Assembly: GCA_038496445.1 (NCBI GenBank)
Contig: JALMLS010000027.1
Location: forward strand, 124,001 to 188,000
Length of the DNA stretch: 64,000 nt
Origin: Trichosphaerium sp. ATCC 40318
Taxonomy: Eukaryota; Protista; Tubulinea
Direction of reading: 5' to 3'
Positions 25,952-38,723 of this stretch are shown piece after piece. Position 1 is the first letter of the stretch. Each line of letters starts with the position of its first letter. The notes beneath the pieces were generated by a model. It had not been told where the DNA came from. It did not search any database and saw only the letters and a program-made list of their open reading frames with translations. A program made the position numbers and the translations under genes.

Positions 25952-28900
25952 CTACAAGTCAGCTGCCATGACACCCTCAACACCGTAACACATTACAACC
26001 TTGGGTATTTAATCAGTGTAAATGAAAGAGAGTGTATTTTGTTCAACGAAAAAACAGTAAAGAGCTCTTTGTGTGCAAGTTGTCAAAGAAAAAGTACCGG
26101 TGGTAAATTGTTTGATAAAATTTCTAGTTCGGAAATAAGGGTATTGCATTCATCTTCATCCAGTTCAGAGCCATCAGCTTTATTTGTTACCAAATCAAAA
26201 ACAGGAAAGAATACAACACCTATTGAGTAGCATAAGAGACCAAGTAATAAGATAAAATTTCGTTTTGCTAAGACTCGACTTCAGCGTACTTGTTGTTTTT
26301 GAATGTTCCTGCATTAGTAAATTCATCGCTTTGTATTGACTAGCTATAGACATTGAACCCAGCTCAACTAGGCTATCAGTAGTGCGATCGTAAAGTTCAT
26401 TAGGAGCGGCTGTAGATGGCGCTGATGCTAAAGACTCAACCTAGAACAAAAAGTTAATTGGTGCACAAACTCACGTGTTCACGTGCTTTAATAACGTCAG
26501 CTGTTATACGCATTTCACTCAGTATACGTTTAAGCATTGTTTTAATTCTATCACAATCTTCTAGCGATTGAGAAATGCCGAGAACTCTGAATTGTGCATG
26601 TTTTACCCAAATATCTAATAAGTGTTTGCTTGTACCGATTAAGATTATGGAAGGAAGTACCTGTTTGTGTGAGAATATGCGCAAGTTGTAGGGTAAAATC
26701 TAGTGTTGATACGATATCATCTTCTAATCGGTGCCCAGGAATCCAAACATCTAACAATAAAACATTAGTTTGTCTTTATTTATTTTGTATTAGTGCACCA
26801 ATTGTCATTCGGTGTTTTTTTGAACGGTATCTTGAAGACGAATGTGAAAATCCAATGATGTGGCTCTTGTCCATGATATCAAAACTTGAAGTCATTAGTA
26901 ACAAATAAAGGAACGTGCGTTGGAATTCTTTTGTTTCATAAAACACGTGAAAGATCACCAAAAAAAACTCAGTGAGGGAGTAAGTACTTACTTCCTGGCT
27001 AATACTATATTCTTTGATAACTTTTTTCCGTAGTTTAATAGTTTGATAAAATCCTTAGTTTCTACATTAGCTTCATCTGATTTTAGACTATCAAGACCCT
27101 CCATAGCTTGTTGATCTTTTGCAAATTTTGGAGGGATTGTTGGAAATCTAAACAAAATTTTAAACTAACTTCTTCACCCAGGATTTTTTTACCCTCTTTT
27201 GCCTTCCATCCCAGCGTTAGCACTTCCCACCAACATTGTTCCATCTAATATACGTTAGATTTCTATGCTAATGTAAATATCCTCTTACCTTTGTTGAGAC
27301 CATTGAAAGGAATGAGAACAGTGTTTGTCTTCATACCACCAATGCCAGCACTCTTGGAATATAATTAAAAACCTCAATATTAATTTATAAATAACAGTAC
27401 CGCCATTAAATTAGCTGCACCAGTAATATACTTGTCGGACATTACAACCTCAGAAAACGCCTTAACATGAGACTCTAGTTAAAAAGTAAGAAAAAAAGGT
27501 AAAGCGTTGCTCATAAAATTTTGCTTTGTGTATGTCTTACTTCTTGTAAATTCCTCTAGTGCCCTATACCTAGTAACCCATTCTGCATAACCACCGCTAT
27601 TTAAAGTAGAAAAAACACTGCCAATGACATAAAGACCTCCTTTTTTTAAATTATTTGCAAAATCGATCAAGGGCAAAGAGTTTGGTATATCATCTACAAG
27701 AAGTAGAATAGAAAGTCTCCAGTTCTAACACAAATAAATAAAACGATAAATCAAAAAGCCTTTTTTCTATTGTGCCAAAAAAAATCACGTGATATTTTTC
27801 AGTTACCTTGACATGTTGTTTTGTCTCTAGACGTAATAAGTACTTTCGTACTTGGTGATAAATTAAAGCTTGGCTTACATCACCCCATAATTGAGACGTT
27901 GCTTGAAAATGAAAGAATGTGGATAGTATTAAAAACACTAAGACAAATACACATGTTAGCATGAAGTTGAATTAATTGAAATAGGAACGGACCTAGAATT
28001 GCAATTCCAGCGTATTCTGGATTGATATAGAACATAGCAGCCATGCAACACAAAGTAGCGAAACCAGCTTTGCAACAGGTTAGAGAAATTGTGCGGGTGA
28101 TGATTCAAGTAACGTACAGGACCACCAAGTATAATAACGGAAACTTGGTCTAAAGTTTGGAGCACCAGAGATTGATAGTAAGAAACAAGCGAAATTTGTG
28201 ATGCCATATGTCAGAAAATAAAACATTGTTACCACTGGAAGAATGATATTAAGTTTTCCTAACATAACAACACACTAAACATAGAAACAAAATATCATCA
28301 GTATCAAGAACATTCAAACCATTCAAAAAAAAAACTCCAACTTTGTTTGATGATAGTTTTAAGTGAATTGAATCCTCATACGTACGAATATTAGTACTGA
28401 TGTTAATAGGACTGCACGTTGTGGTTCATCTCCTTTTTTTGATCCAACAGCGAAAAAACCAATGAATGGAACTAATTTATCTTTTGCAATAGCTTGAAGT
28501 ACACGTGCTCCGCCTTTAAATGAAAAACGTGTTAGGTTTGTTCTTGTGCAATGCAATTTAAAAAATTACCTAGTATTGCGCCTAAAGATGTGCTCATAGT
28601 AGCTGCCCAAACACCAATCATTACAGGCCACTTTGAGTACGATAGTGTCTAAATTCTTCAGTATCATTTTGTATAAGAAGAGTGCTTACTGCAAATAGAA
28701 AGTAGTCACCTGTTAGTGATTCACGTGGTACCGTGAAAGCAAATATGAAAATGAGAGCAGTGTACACAATGAGGGCAGTAGTGATAGCGTATAGTGTACC
28801 CCAAGGAATAGACTTGCCTGGTTTCTAAAACTGAATCAATTTCATCGTTGAAATGCGAACGCTCTATTCAGCTTACCTTTAAATCGCCAGACATGTTAGC

Positions 28901-30061
28901 ACCTGCCATAATCCCAGTTACAGATGGGAAAAAGATTGCAAACACAGTTTGAAAGTCTTGAGAGTCAACAAAACCAGGTTTTAGGTTCCTAACAACAGTT
29001 GCATGTAAATAATTTTTTGTGTTTTCTTGAAAAATGGAATCGTACTTGTCAAACAATTCTTTGCTAAACCCAGCATAGGAAACTTGGAAAGACGCATTTC
29101 TAGGACCAACAGGTTTCAAAGCTGTAGTGTGAAACTCATGTCTGTTTGTAATAAAACTTATAAGCCCTGTAAATATCGCGACCCATAACGCCAAAAATAT
29201 TACAATATATGTCTTAATAAAGAAGTCTGGAATTGGAGTAAATATCAAAGTATAAGTGAACTAACTTACTCGCTCCCAGGAATGCAATTACCGTTAATAG
29301 AGCTAATACAGCACCTGCATATCCCACTACTTCCCAATGCGAGTCAGGGACATCACCAGATGCCTACGAATTGCATTAACAAAGTTAACGTACAAATTGT
29401 TTTTTTCAAAAAAGCACGTGCCGTTATGGCGTCTGCAAATCCTATCAAGTACGATGCTCCACCAAATATATTAGCGACATAAAATACAACACCAATACCA
29501 CCACCAAACTCAGGTCCGAGACAACGACTTATCATGTCTTGAAGAATGAAGGAACAAAACAGAACAATTTAAAGAAAAGTATTTTAGCGTTTGAAAGCGC
29601 TTTTATCATAAATTGCCAAGTGTTTGAGTAGATTTTGTCAAGCGCTATTTTTTCTGCGTGAAAATTCGCGTGTTCAAGGATACAGTATGCGCCACCGCCC
29701 TTTATATGTCCATTCGTAGCGATAGCCGAAAGTGAAAGTGTAGTTAGGTACACAACACCAAAAGCAATAAAGAACATCAATAATGTCATTAACACGCCAG
29801 CTTGGCCCAACATCCAGCTTAAACGCTCAAAAAGAACTACGCCAAAGATACTGAGGCAGCATGGTACATATACGCCCTAAAACCGATTAAATAATGTCCC
29901 TACCGCATCTGTCATACCAAAAAAGTGCCAAGTGCGTTCTTGGCAGATGGAGTGTCAGTATCGCCAATGTCCTCTTTTATAATCAACGTAGTATCGCCTG
30001 CATCACCGTTTACGAGTAGGGTCTCTGTCTCCAGGTCGCCAGAAGACGCTAGAGCTGCCAT
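25952..30061 (-). CDS. Cation-chloride cotransporter, SLC12A9/CIP1/Vhc1-like
   Basis: [110 protein letters not shown]. Confidence 0.95.
29538..29683 (-). other. U12-type (minor spliceosome) GT-AG intron
   Basis: Donor GTATCCTT. Branch-point-like TTCCTTCAT ends 8 nt before the 3' end. Splicing restores GGGAY-Y-MISR. Confidence 0.85.
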
Positions 30062-30587
30062 CTGCCTGATTTAGGTTGGAAAAACACGTCAAGTTTGCTT
30101 AATCTAGTTTGTTGAATCAATGCAAATAGTACTATTTGAAATGTTATTATTATTGCCATGCTTCTCAGCTTCAAGAAATCCACAACGTAGCGAAGATAGC
30201 CACGCCATAACCCGGTTATGCATACTCTATGTTCTGTTGTTCCATAGCAGTGTTTAGCCACTAATCAAGTTCGGTACGCCTTTACTTCTTACATTGAGAC
30301 TAATAGTGTCGTTTGCGACAGAAAAGTAGTTCAGTTTCTTAAACTTCGCTCACAATCTATCTATACACTGACTTTAAGTATCTGTGTTGCTTCACAACCA
30401 TTGGGCACGACCAGAGAACTTTAAACCTTTTTTAAACTAATTTCTCTGCAGTTATTTTTTTTACCGCCAAAAAAACAAGTATCGCGCAACGCTTCTCTAC
30501 AAACGCAGGTACGTCAATCGTTGTATTAGGTAGCAGCATGTTATTTTCCACAGGTTTGAACCTTGTTGTGTACTAAATCGGTATAGG

Positions 30588-31473
30588 ATGGCACAACAGA
30601 ACATAGAGGAACAAAATATACCATTTCCAGCTCAACCAGTAATATGGCAGAATTCAAGGCACGCACTGAACTCTTCTAAAAACTCTTTTTAAGCGCTGCA
30701 CACAATTTTATTTCGTTTTGTACACTGCCTTCGAACGCCATCGCTTGTATTTGTCATACATCTGGGTGACAGTGATGTGTCGGAACTACGCCGTCACTTA
30801 GCATTTAATAACAAAATCTGTTGCGTGTGGGTTGCGGTTATTTGCTTGTGTACGTGAACTTCAAAAGCCAACTTAAAGGTTTGCCACCTTGAGGATGGGA
30901 GCGATGTGGAGGAACTACGCCGCCGCTTAGCATGGACGTGCGACATACTGCAAATTCGGCAGAAGTCGGGAACGTAGATACCGAACTGATGGAGCCGTCG
31001 TTTTTCTTGAGTTTTCAGTGGAGTTACTTTTAAAAACCAAAAAAATAGAATTTGCAAGCGGCCGCCAAGTTCTGTCTTTTTGATTTTTATTCCTCCGTGC
31101 TTTCCAACTTACCGTTATTTAGACCCTTTGTTTAGCGGTGATAACTGCTAAAAATAAAGAGCTTGCCGACAAAGACAAACTGCTTGCTGACCAGAGTCTT
31201 TTAATAGATAAACAAGATGTTAAAATAACAGCACTACAAAAGATAGTAAAACAGGGCCAAGACGATTTGAGCAACGCCTCTCAAACTGCTGAAGATCTTC
31301 AACGCGAACTTGACGAAGAAAGAGGGGTCAAACGGGAGCTAGAAGAAGACCTAAACGAAAGTAGAGGAGATTATAAACGACAGAAGAATGACATGGCCTA
31401 TATTTTTCAAAAAATAAATGAGTGTAACTATGGACTTGCGTATAAGCGCGCAGATAAGTCGCTAAACCCTTAA
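30588..31473 (+). CDS. Hypothetical coiled-coil protein with an internal duplicated segment (exon structure uncertain)
   Basis: Last exon is a heptad-rich helix (KNKELADKDKLLADQ..EDLQRELDEER). Upstream exons contain DVSELRRHLA and DVEELRRRLA. Confidence 0.55.
30774..30933 (+). repeat. Two 31-bp direct repeats (27/31 identical)
   Basis: GATGTGTCGGAACTACGCCGTCACTTAGCAT at 30774-30804 and GATGTGGAGGAACTACGCCGCCGCTTAGCAT at 30903-30933. Confidence 0.85.
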
Positions 31474-31792
31474 ATTGTAATCCAAAAATAAATAAGATGG
31501 CCTTAAATTTTGTGTTGCATGGATGGTTAGGTTCTTTGTATTGAATAAAGGCAAATGTGCCGAGAATTTAGTGGCAGTAAAATCCTATGGTAACGGTTTA
31601 TTTATCACTTTTCTCGACTTTGTGAGAACCCTTAAAAAGCGTTTTGTCGGAAATAGTTGACGATAAGTATTGTTCGTATCATTCAAGTCTGCAACAGGTT
31701 TGGCAGAAGTATCAAAGTACAAGATCTTGCAACAACTAACAGAGACAGGATTTTTATTTTATTTTTTTGTTCTGTATTTTTCTTATCCGTTC

Positions 31793-34700
31793 TTAACGTG
31801 TTGCCATTGTTGCTGTCTCAGATTCGTTACATATGTGGTTATAAGCATACGGATCCTTAGGCTTGTTCCTCCACATGATGTAAATCATTTTTATCTTCTT
31901 CAGAGTCATATTCGCTACCGTTCCAGTGTTGAAAATTATCGTCAGCATGAAGAGCATCGCCGTTATTAATCCAATTCTTGAATAATATAGACCATCATAC
32001 TCATCAAACAACTCTTGGTTGCTGTACAAACTTATCTTCAACCTAAGATAAAACGTCGTATTCAAGAGCTTCAGAATAGATTCGTGGCAAAACAAAGCAA
32101 CGTACGTTGGTCTAAAATGAGTGTAATATAGCGGTGGATAATCGCAACAAGGTTGAGCCACACCTGTTTTGATGGGCGGCTTTGCAGTGAGTCCAATGTA
32201 GCCTTCAACAATTCATGAGTATCTTGGGGGAGTCTTTTTTGTACCATCTAGTTGCTTTCGTCTGTATCCTTCTATAGTTCTTACAACACCTGTAGTAACT
32301 ATTGTAACTTGATGACTAACAGATGGCATGTATTCTTCTCTGTCAGTAAGCATGTGTACGGAAACAGAAGTGGCTTAAAAATAGCAATTTAGTGAAGAAA
32401 AGTTACAATTATATCTTAGCGTACGATGACTACATAATGTTTTAGCAGTAATTTCTATGTATGAATAGTATACATCGCAGTTTCCTAACCCAATTTCTAT
32501 AATCCTAGTATCCACAGAAGTCACAAAAGAAACACTAAACATGAGTTATGGAAAGTTGTGAAAAGTTTATTCCCGATTGTCAGTAAGCTGGGAGTACCTC
32601 TTGGTGTCTTTATTGAAACCTAATGTATTATTTTTATAGTTTATAAACGCATAAGCTTCAATAGAGCACTCTGGAACGAATACAAACAAGTCTTTCCTGT
32701 AATAAAACGAATAAGAAAAAACAAAGAAAAAAGAAGCAATTCAAAAATTACCAAGTAACAGTGATGTTCATCGTTGTATTCCTGTAAGAGTTTATAACTC
32801 AGTTTACGTAGATTATATCTTGACGTACTGTCTCATTGCATCATAGTACTTATATACATCATCAGTACGAAATAAAGCCTCTGTATTCCGTGACGTCCTT
32901 GTTCTTCTTGAATTCGCACAATCATGTGTATCATTGAACAAAAAAGGAGTTGGTTTGAAGTCATAGAAAACGTGAATCTCAGCAGCGACAGCCAAAAAGA
33001 AAACTGCAACCATAGTAATTGTTATCAATCCACCAGTAACATCACCAACCCAGTTCGGTTTCAAACCCTGAAATCCGTAAATCTGCTTGTTTGTATCAAG
33101 AGCCCTTATAACTCTCACAAACATGCTTTCTTTGCATCCACAGTTTAATAGAATAGCAGCAGCGCCACCAATAGTGATTACTATTAACACTAGCCCAATA
33201 CAAATAGAAAGGAAAATAGGAGGATGAAGGTTCAGAATTTCTTTAATAAATTGTTGCTGTACTGCTTGTTCCAAAGTGGATTCGAAAGGATAGAAAGAAG
33301 CTGTTGATATCTTGGGAGCAATAATAGGTACACGTGTTCCTCCACCACAAATTCTATGTTTTGGACAACGCAAGCAAGAAGACGAACCGTGCTTAGGTTG
33401 ATAAGTCCCATAAGGACATAATAGACATGGTCCTAAGTCACCATTGTTTTTGTATGTTCCAGGAGGACAAAGAAGCAGATCTGATGTATCTCTATAATAT
33501 TTCCCAGGTGGCACTGGTATAACCCACGTGGAAAGGTTGAGTGTCTTTGAGTTGTATAGCTGTATTCTATCATTTTCGGGAAACATCATTAACCACTCTA
33601 CGTCGGGTGGTGTATATACGTTAGGCGTGATGGTTTCTATACTCAAGGATGTCGGTCCGTCAGTGTAAATCTTTAAAGAACCGTTAGTTATGAATTAAAT
33701 AAAGCAAAACAAATCCAGAAAATTAGAAGATAAGTTTACAGTTCCCAGCTCGTTTTTCAAAGGAGAACTTTATGTTGTTTTTTTTTTCGTACCCTCTTAA
33801 CAGTTGACGTTTTACCAAGTATTTCATTACTAATCAGAGCGTAAAGGCATGACGTATTGTATGGTGTTTCAAACCCACATGAAGCGTAGTTATAAGACAT
33901 TACACCTTTAGCATTTGCTAGCTCACAACCAAGTATTGGAGATGGCTTTATGTCATTCCAGAAATTTGTCGGTTTTACCTTAACGCCACCAACACCCTCT
34001 TTGAAGCGAAAAGACATACTGTTATTGTACGGAGAAATGATGCCACCAACAACGTCGCCAGCCGGAACGGGAGTACTGCTCACAACGACCACGTTGTTTT
34101 CGAAAAGAACACTCGCTGTTAACACCAGGTTATCATACACTACCTAAAGTTGCTTAACTTCGTTGATGCGCAACATGTAGTACTTGTACTACGTGACCAC
34201 TGAAGGTTATTGCAAGTGGTTTTGAGCTTGTTTTAATCTCTTCTCCATACGGAACAAAGAAATCTGTGTCACCGAAATTGGAGGTGTTGTAGAAAGCCAA
34301 TCCAAGTGTAGTGTCAGCTACTAAGATATCTCCTGATACTGCCATGTACCAAAGAAAGTACCCGTATTTCGTTGTCTAAAGAAATGTGAAAAAACGAAGG
34401 AGGAGGTGCAAGGCTGTTCGTACGTTAGTGATAGTGTATGAACCGAAAAACTCCAACGAGTGTTCGTTAATCTGGTATCCTGAAATAGTTTGGCTATCAC
34501 TGGTAAAGAACACGAACCCCTCCGTAACCGCTAGCATACTTGCCACTTCAGAGGCGTTTGGAAGAATTGCGCACGTGGGTGGATCAAAAGTCCTAAAAGC
34601 CGATAATTGTTAGCACTTTTAATACGCTTTCATTCGATTTAAAGTGGTGTCACGTGCGGCCAAGTGTTTAACCTTGTTTTGAGTACTTACCCGGCAACTA

Positions 34701-34893
34701 TTGCTGGAGCAACAGGCATGTATTCAACCAAGGCTGCGTATGTATTCTCAGATACAGCAAAAGGATTATCATCGTTAATATTGTAATTAAGGATAGACGC
34801 CGGTAGTTTACAGTAGACCTCGTCAGCTTTTAATGTACATATCAACGAGAGGAAAGTAATCGAGACGAGTAACAAAGGAGTCGAATAGGACAT
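31793..34893 (-). CDS. Membrane protein: signal peptide, beta-rich ectodomain, Cys-rich GCC2/GCC3 (ephrin-receptor-like) repeats, three TM segments
   Basis: Signal MSYSTPLLLVSITFLSLICTLKA. Repeats CPPGTYKN..CLLCPYGTYQPKHGSSSCLRCP. TMs: IFLSICIGLVLIVITIGGAAAILL, GGLITITMVAVFFLAV, IGLITAMLFMLTIIF. 3' end may extend to ~31680. Confidence 0.75.
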
Positions 34894-35030
34894 CACATGG
34901 ACGTTTGTGCTACACAAAATTGCATTAACTTAAGCAACGTGTAACTTCACGAATTCACAGAAGAGTACGCTTAACAACGGCTTATAAAAACTTTGTATTG
35001 TTGGTACATGATGTGTTTGAGAGAATTGTT

Positions 35031-38000
35031 CTAGCATGGAAAGAAATAAAGCGTATATAAGGTTGTCACATGGTTTTTTGTTTTACTATTTTACAACAAG
35101 TTTTTTTACACTGATACTGACATTTTATCACATATTGTGCTTTTGCATAAATTTGGTTCGTCGCCTAACTCTAGGACTAGATAAACGTCGTAGACTATCT
35201 GAAGATGAAGTCAACCTACGTATAGGCGCAGGGGATAGCTGTTGAAGTGGGGGAGTATTTTCAGCACCAAATTCAGCAAGAGAATCAAGTGAAGAATAAC
35301 TTTGGTCAAGCCGCTGTCGCTTCGAACGGAGATCGTACTAGAAAGGAATGCCATAAGAAGGTTTGATACGTTATATTTCTAAGCAGCCTTACGTACTTGA
35401 AGTGACTTTATAGACTTCTGTTGAGCAGCAAGTGTGCTCTTTAACATAGCAATTTCACGATTTTTCATTTCAAGTTGATGTACATAATCGTTACGCAATA
35501 AAGGATGCTGTAAGAGCTCTGCTGCACTAGGTCTTTGATTTGGATCAGGATCAACCATGCTCTATTTTAATTTTGTATCAGTTTATGACCAAGAAAACGG
35601 TAAAAACCAAGAGACTCGAGCGTGTACCTTTAATAAATTTACAAAATCGTCCGAAAAAATTTGAGGCAGGTGGACTTCCCCTCTTTTTAGAGCCTCTAGA
35701 TCCCGTTCTCCTTCGGACAAAGGTCTTCCTCGGGCCTTAATAAAGTGTTATTTAAGAGTTATTTGAAAAAAAAGCAATGAATAAGGACGTACAATCTCAA
35801 AAATAGAACATCCCAAAGAAAATACATCAGCTTTTTTAAGCGACATTTCATCGTTTTTAGCTGTTACATTTTTAATAATATCATTAGGTAGATATCGTCC
35901 ATCGCCAAGCTCAGCATCACCTACATAATATGCTAAGCAAATGAAAGCGAAATATTAAGTCGCCATGAAGAAAGGCTGTTTTGGAAAATTTCTTGTCTTA
36001 CCTGCTTGCTTTGCATTAATTGCCAAGCCCATGTCTCCTAATTTATATGTTGCTTCGCTCCCAGTAACATCCAGCAAAGCTGGTACTATATAAATGTTGT
36101 CTGGTTTGATATCTAAATGTACAATGTCTCTACTGTGTAGGTGTTTTAACGCCTAAAAAATAAAGTCAGCCACAATTAAGCAAAAAAAATCAAAAGATAT
36201 CTCTCCACAACCTATCAATCACGTACCGATGCAATGTGCTGCAACACACGTAAACTTTCTGATTGGGAAAACCAATGATCTTGTTTCATACTTTGAGCAA
36301 GAGAGCCGCCTTCACAATACTCTAAATAATAGTTAATTAAATGTTGGGTTTTTTCACTGAATAAAATAGTGGCTGTTAAAAACACGTACCACATTGAATG
36401 TATATGTAACCGTCTTCTTCCCATGCACTAGTTCAGTGGTTAGTATTTTAGGTTTATAATAGTAATTGACATACCCATAGTATCGTATAATATTTGGGTG
36501 ACTACCAAGAGCTGCAAGAGCATATACTTCATGCAAATGAAGCTCACGTTGTCTAGCACCATGAAACTGATGAATTGACTTCTTGATAGCGTATAACCAC
36601 CCATCAACACGATTTCGACAGAGTGTCACTTTACCTAAATGGACAAAATGAGAATAAACGTCATTAAAGAAACTGAGAAAATAGAAAAGTTTGGGGTTGA
36701 GAACGCGTACCAAAATCCCCGTTGCCCAGAGCACTGAGCTCGTGGAAATTCCTCAAGTAATGTGGTAATTGTATATTAGATTCTAAATCTAATCTTAACG
36801 TTAGTTCTGAAGCTCAAAAAAATCATCCTGTTGGACAAAAAAGGTTCGCAGAAAGTACTATTTTTACCGCCAAAAAATAAACATTTGAAAAGGTAAAACC
36901 ACGTGCCTGTAGGGATAGACATTCTTCGTCGATCTTTTTTAACAGTCTTTGGAGAAAAAGGATTTATATTACATCTAGGCACGCGCAAAGAGGACAAAGG
37001 CGTAGCAGGTATTACACCACTTGGGATAATATTCTACAAGCAAAAAAAAAACGTTAGAACTGTTGAACAACCCAGCTTTGGAAAAGTGCGTACCCGTGGT
37101 GGAGTACGGGGCGTGTGTGGTACTGGTGGTTCTGAGTACGTTCGTCTTCGTATAGGTATAGGTGTATTAAAGGCGTCCATACCGCCACTAAAATAGGTAA
37201 GACAAAGATTACGCTTTTCTGGCTTTAAAAGCCGCCTGAAGGATCCTCTAAAAAAAAAACGCGCAACGTACTTTTCATCTGATAAAGATAATTGTGGTAA
37301 AACACGAGCAGGTGAGGCTGTGAAAACTGTGAAATCGCGCATAGGAAGCCCGCTGTGTTGTCCTCTAATCATAGGAGCATCCGGAGAATCTTGTAAATCA
37401 TCTTTGGAAAGTAGAGATCCGAACTCTAATGTAGAAGACGGTTAATTTATAAATAAACACATCGACTTTAAAGCTCAAAAACTGTTGTCCACACAAAAGC
37501 TCACGCAAGGTATCTTGGGCGCCCTGTGTTCAAATTACAAACTTTTTCGGTTTTTTTTTGTGACAAGCCCATTATGTGGTTTCTTTTTTGGTAAACTGTG
37601 TCAGAAAAATCAATACATAGACGTACTTCTCGTGGAGTTTGGATGGACAAAAGGTGAACGTGACCGTATTTTATAAGGTGTCGGCGTTGGTGGGCATCGT
37701 GGTGGTGTCTTACGTGATAGCGCAGGCGATTGTGGTGGTGTTTGCAACTACAAGTAAAAAGTGAGCAAAACCGTTCGAAAAATAGGTAAAACCGCCGAAA
37801 AAAATTAGAGGTAGTTGATAGGCGTGGATATAACGTACTGGGGAGCCAATAGAGTCACAGCTAGATAAAAGTGTTTCTCGGTCGCTCAATATAGGGCTGC
37901 GACTTCGTATTATATCCAAGGGAGACGGTATAGGTGACGAGGGCTTACGCTCTTGTTGTGTGTCAGTATTATACTTTGGCAAAAGAGTTTCTTGGGATTT

Positions 38001-38114
38001 TTGCTTAAATTTATTCGTACTGCGCTTTGGGGTTATAGAAGCTGTTCCTAGAGGATCTAGGTCATCATAAGATAAGCGTTTTTTGATTGAAGCGGTAGGA
38101 AAATCTGGATCGTT
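35031..38114 (-). CDS. WEE1: Wee1-like protein kinase
   Basis: CNINPFSP, LGNGDFGKV, DGWLYAIKKS, HEVYALAALGSHPNIIRYY, AWEEDG, EYCEGGSL, HLDIKPDNI, YKLGDMG, LGDGRYL. First exon not resolved. Confidence 0.9.
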
Positions 38115-38723
38115 CTATATAGTGTGTTATTATATGATTATTGCGTAATTAGCGTTGTAATTGTTATTTCGAGCAACCAAACTGGCGGTTATGCATTTAA
38201 AATTTTAAATTACGGGTTAATACGACTGTATATGAACATATACATACCAAGGTGTACATTAATTGCTTCAATCTGCAAAAACAAACGATTAAGCATGCAG
38301 TTTAAGTCAAAGAAAGTTTTCGCGCGCAAATTGTTTTTTGACAGAAAACAACGATAAAGTTGTAAATCCACGGTATAATCTCTAATGAGTGACAGTGTGC
38401 GTAGACTCGCACTTCTGAGAACGCCTAACAGTCTGTCCCGAAAACAGACTTCTTCAACTGCCCAAAACAGTAATATAGCATTTTATGCGCGTAAATCTAG
38501 CGTGAACGCTTGGAATTGTGTTAGTTGAACCGACACATCCAAGTAGAGGCGAATTAACGTATTAGTTAGAAATTCCTTGTTGTCATCTAAGATGAGTTTG
38601 CAGCCTGCGAGTTGTGTCTCACGTGATTACTACAATTAGTTTAACAGTAGTTGCTCGCACTTTTGAGACTAACGATGACTTTTACATCACGTGTACTTAG
38701 TTTTCTGAAAACATTTCGACAGC

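Noticed and set aside
30774-30933. 31-bp direct repeats as a CRISPR-like array
   Set aside because: Only two copies with a 98-bp gap, eukaryotic context, no cas genes, and the repeats translate as a duplicated helix.
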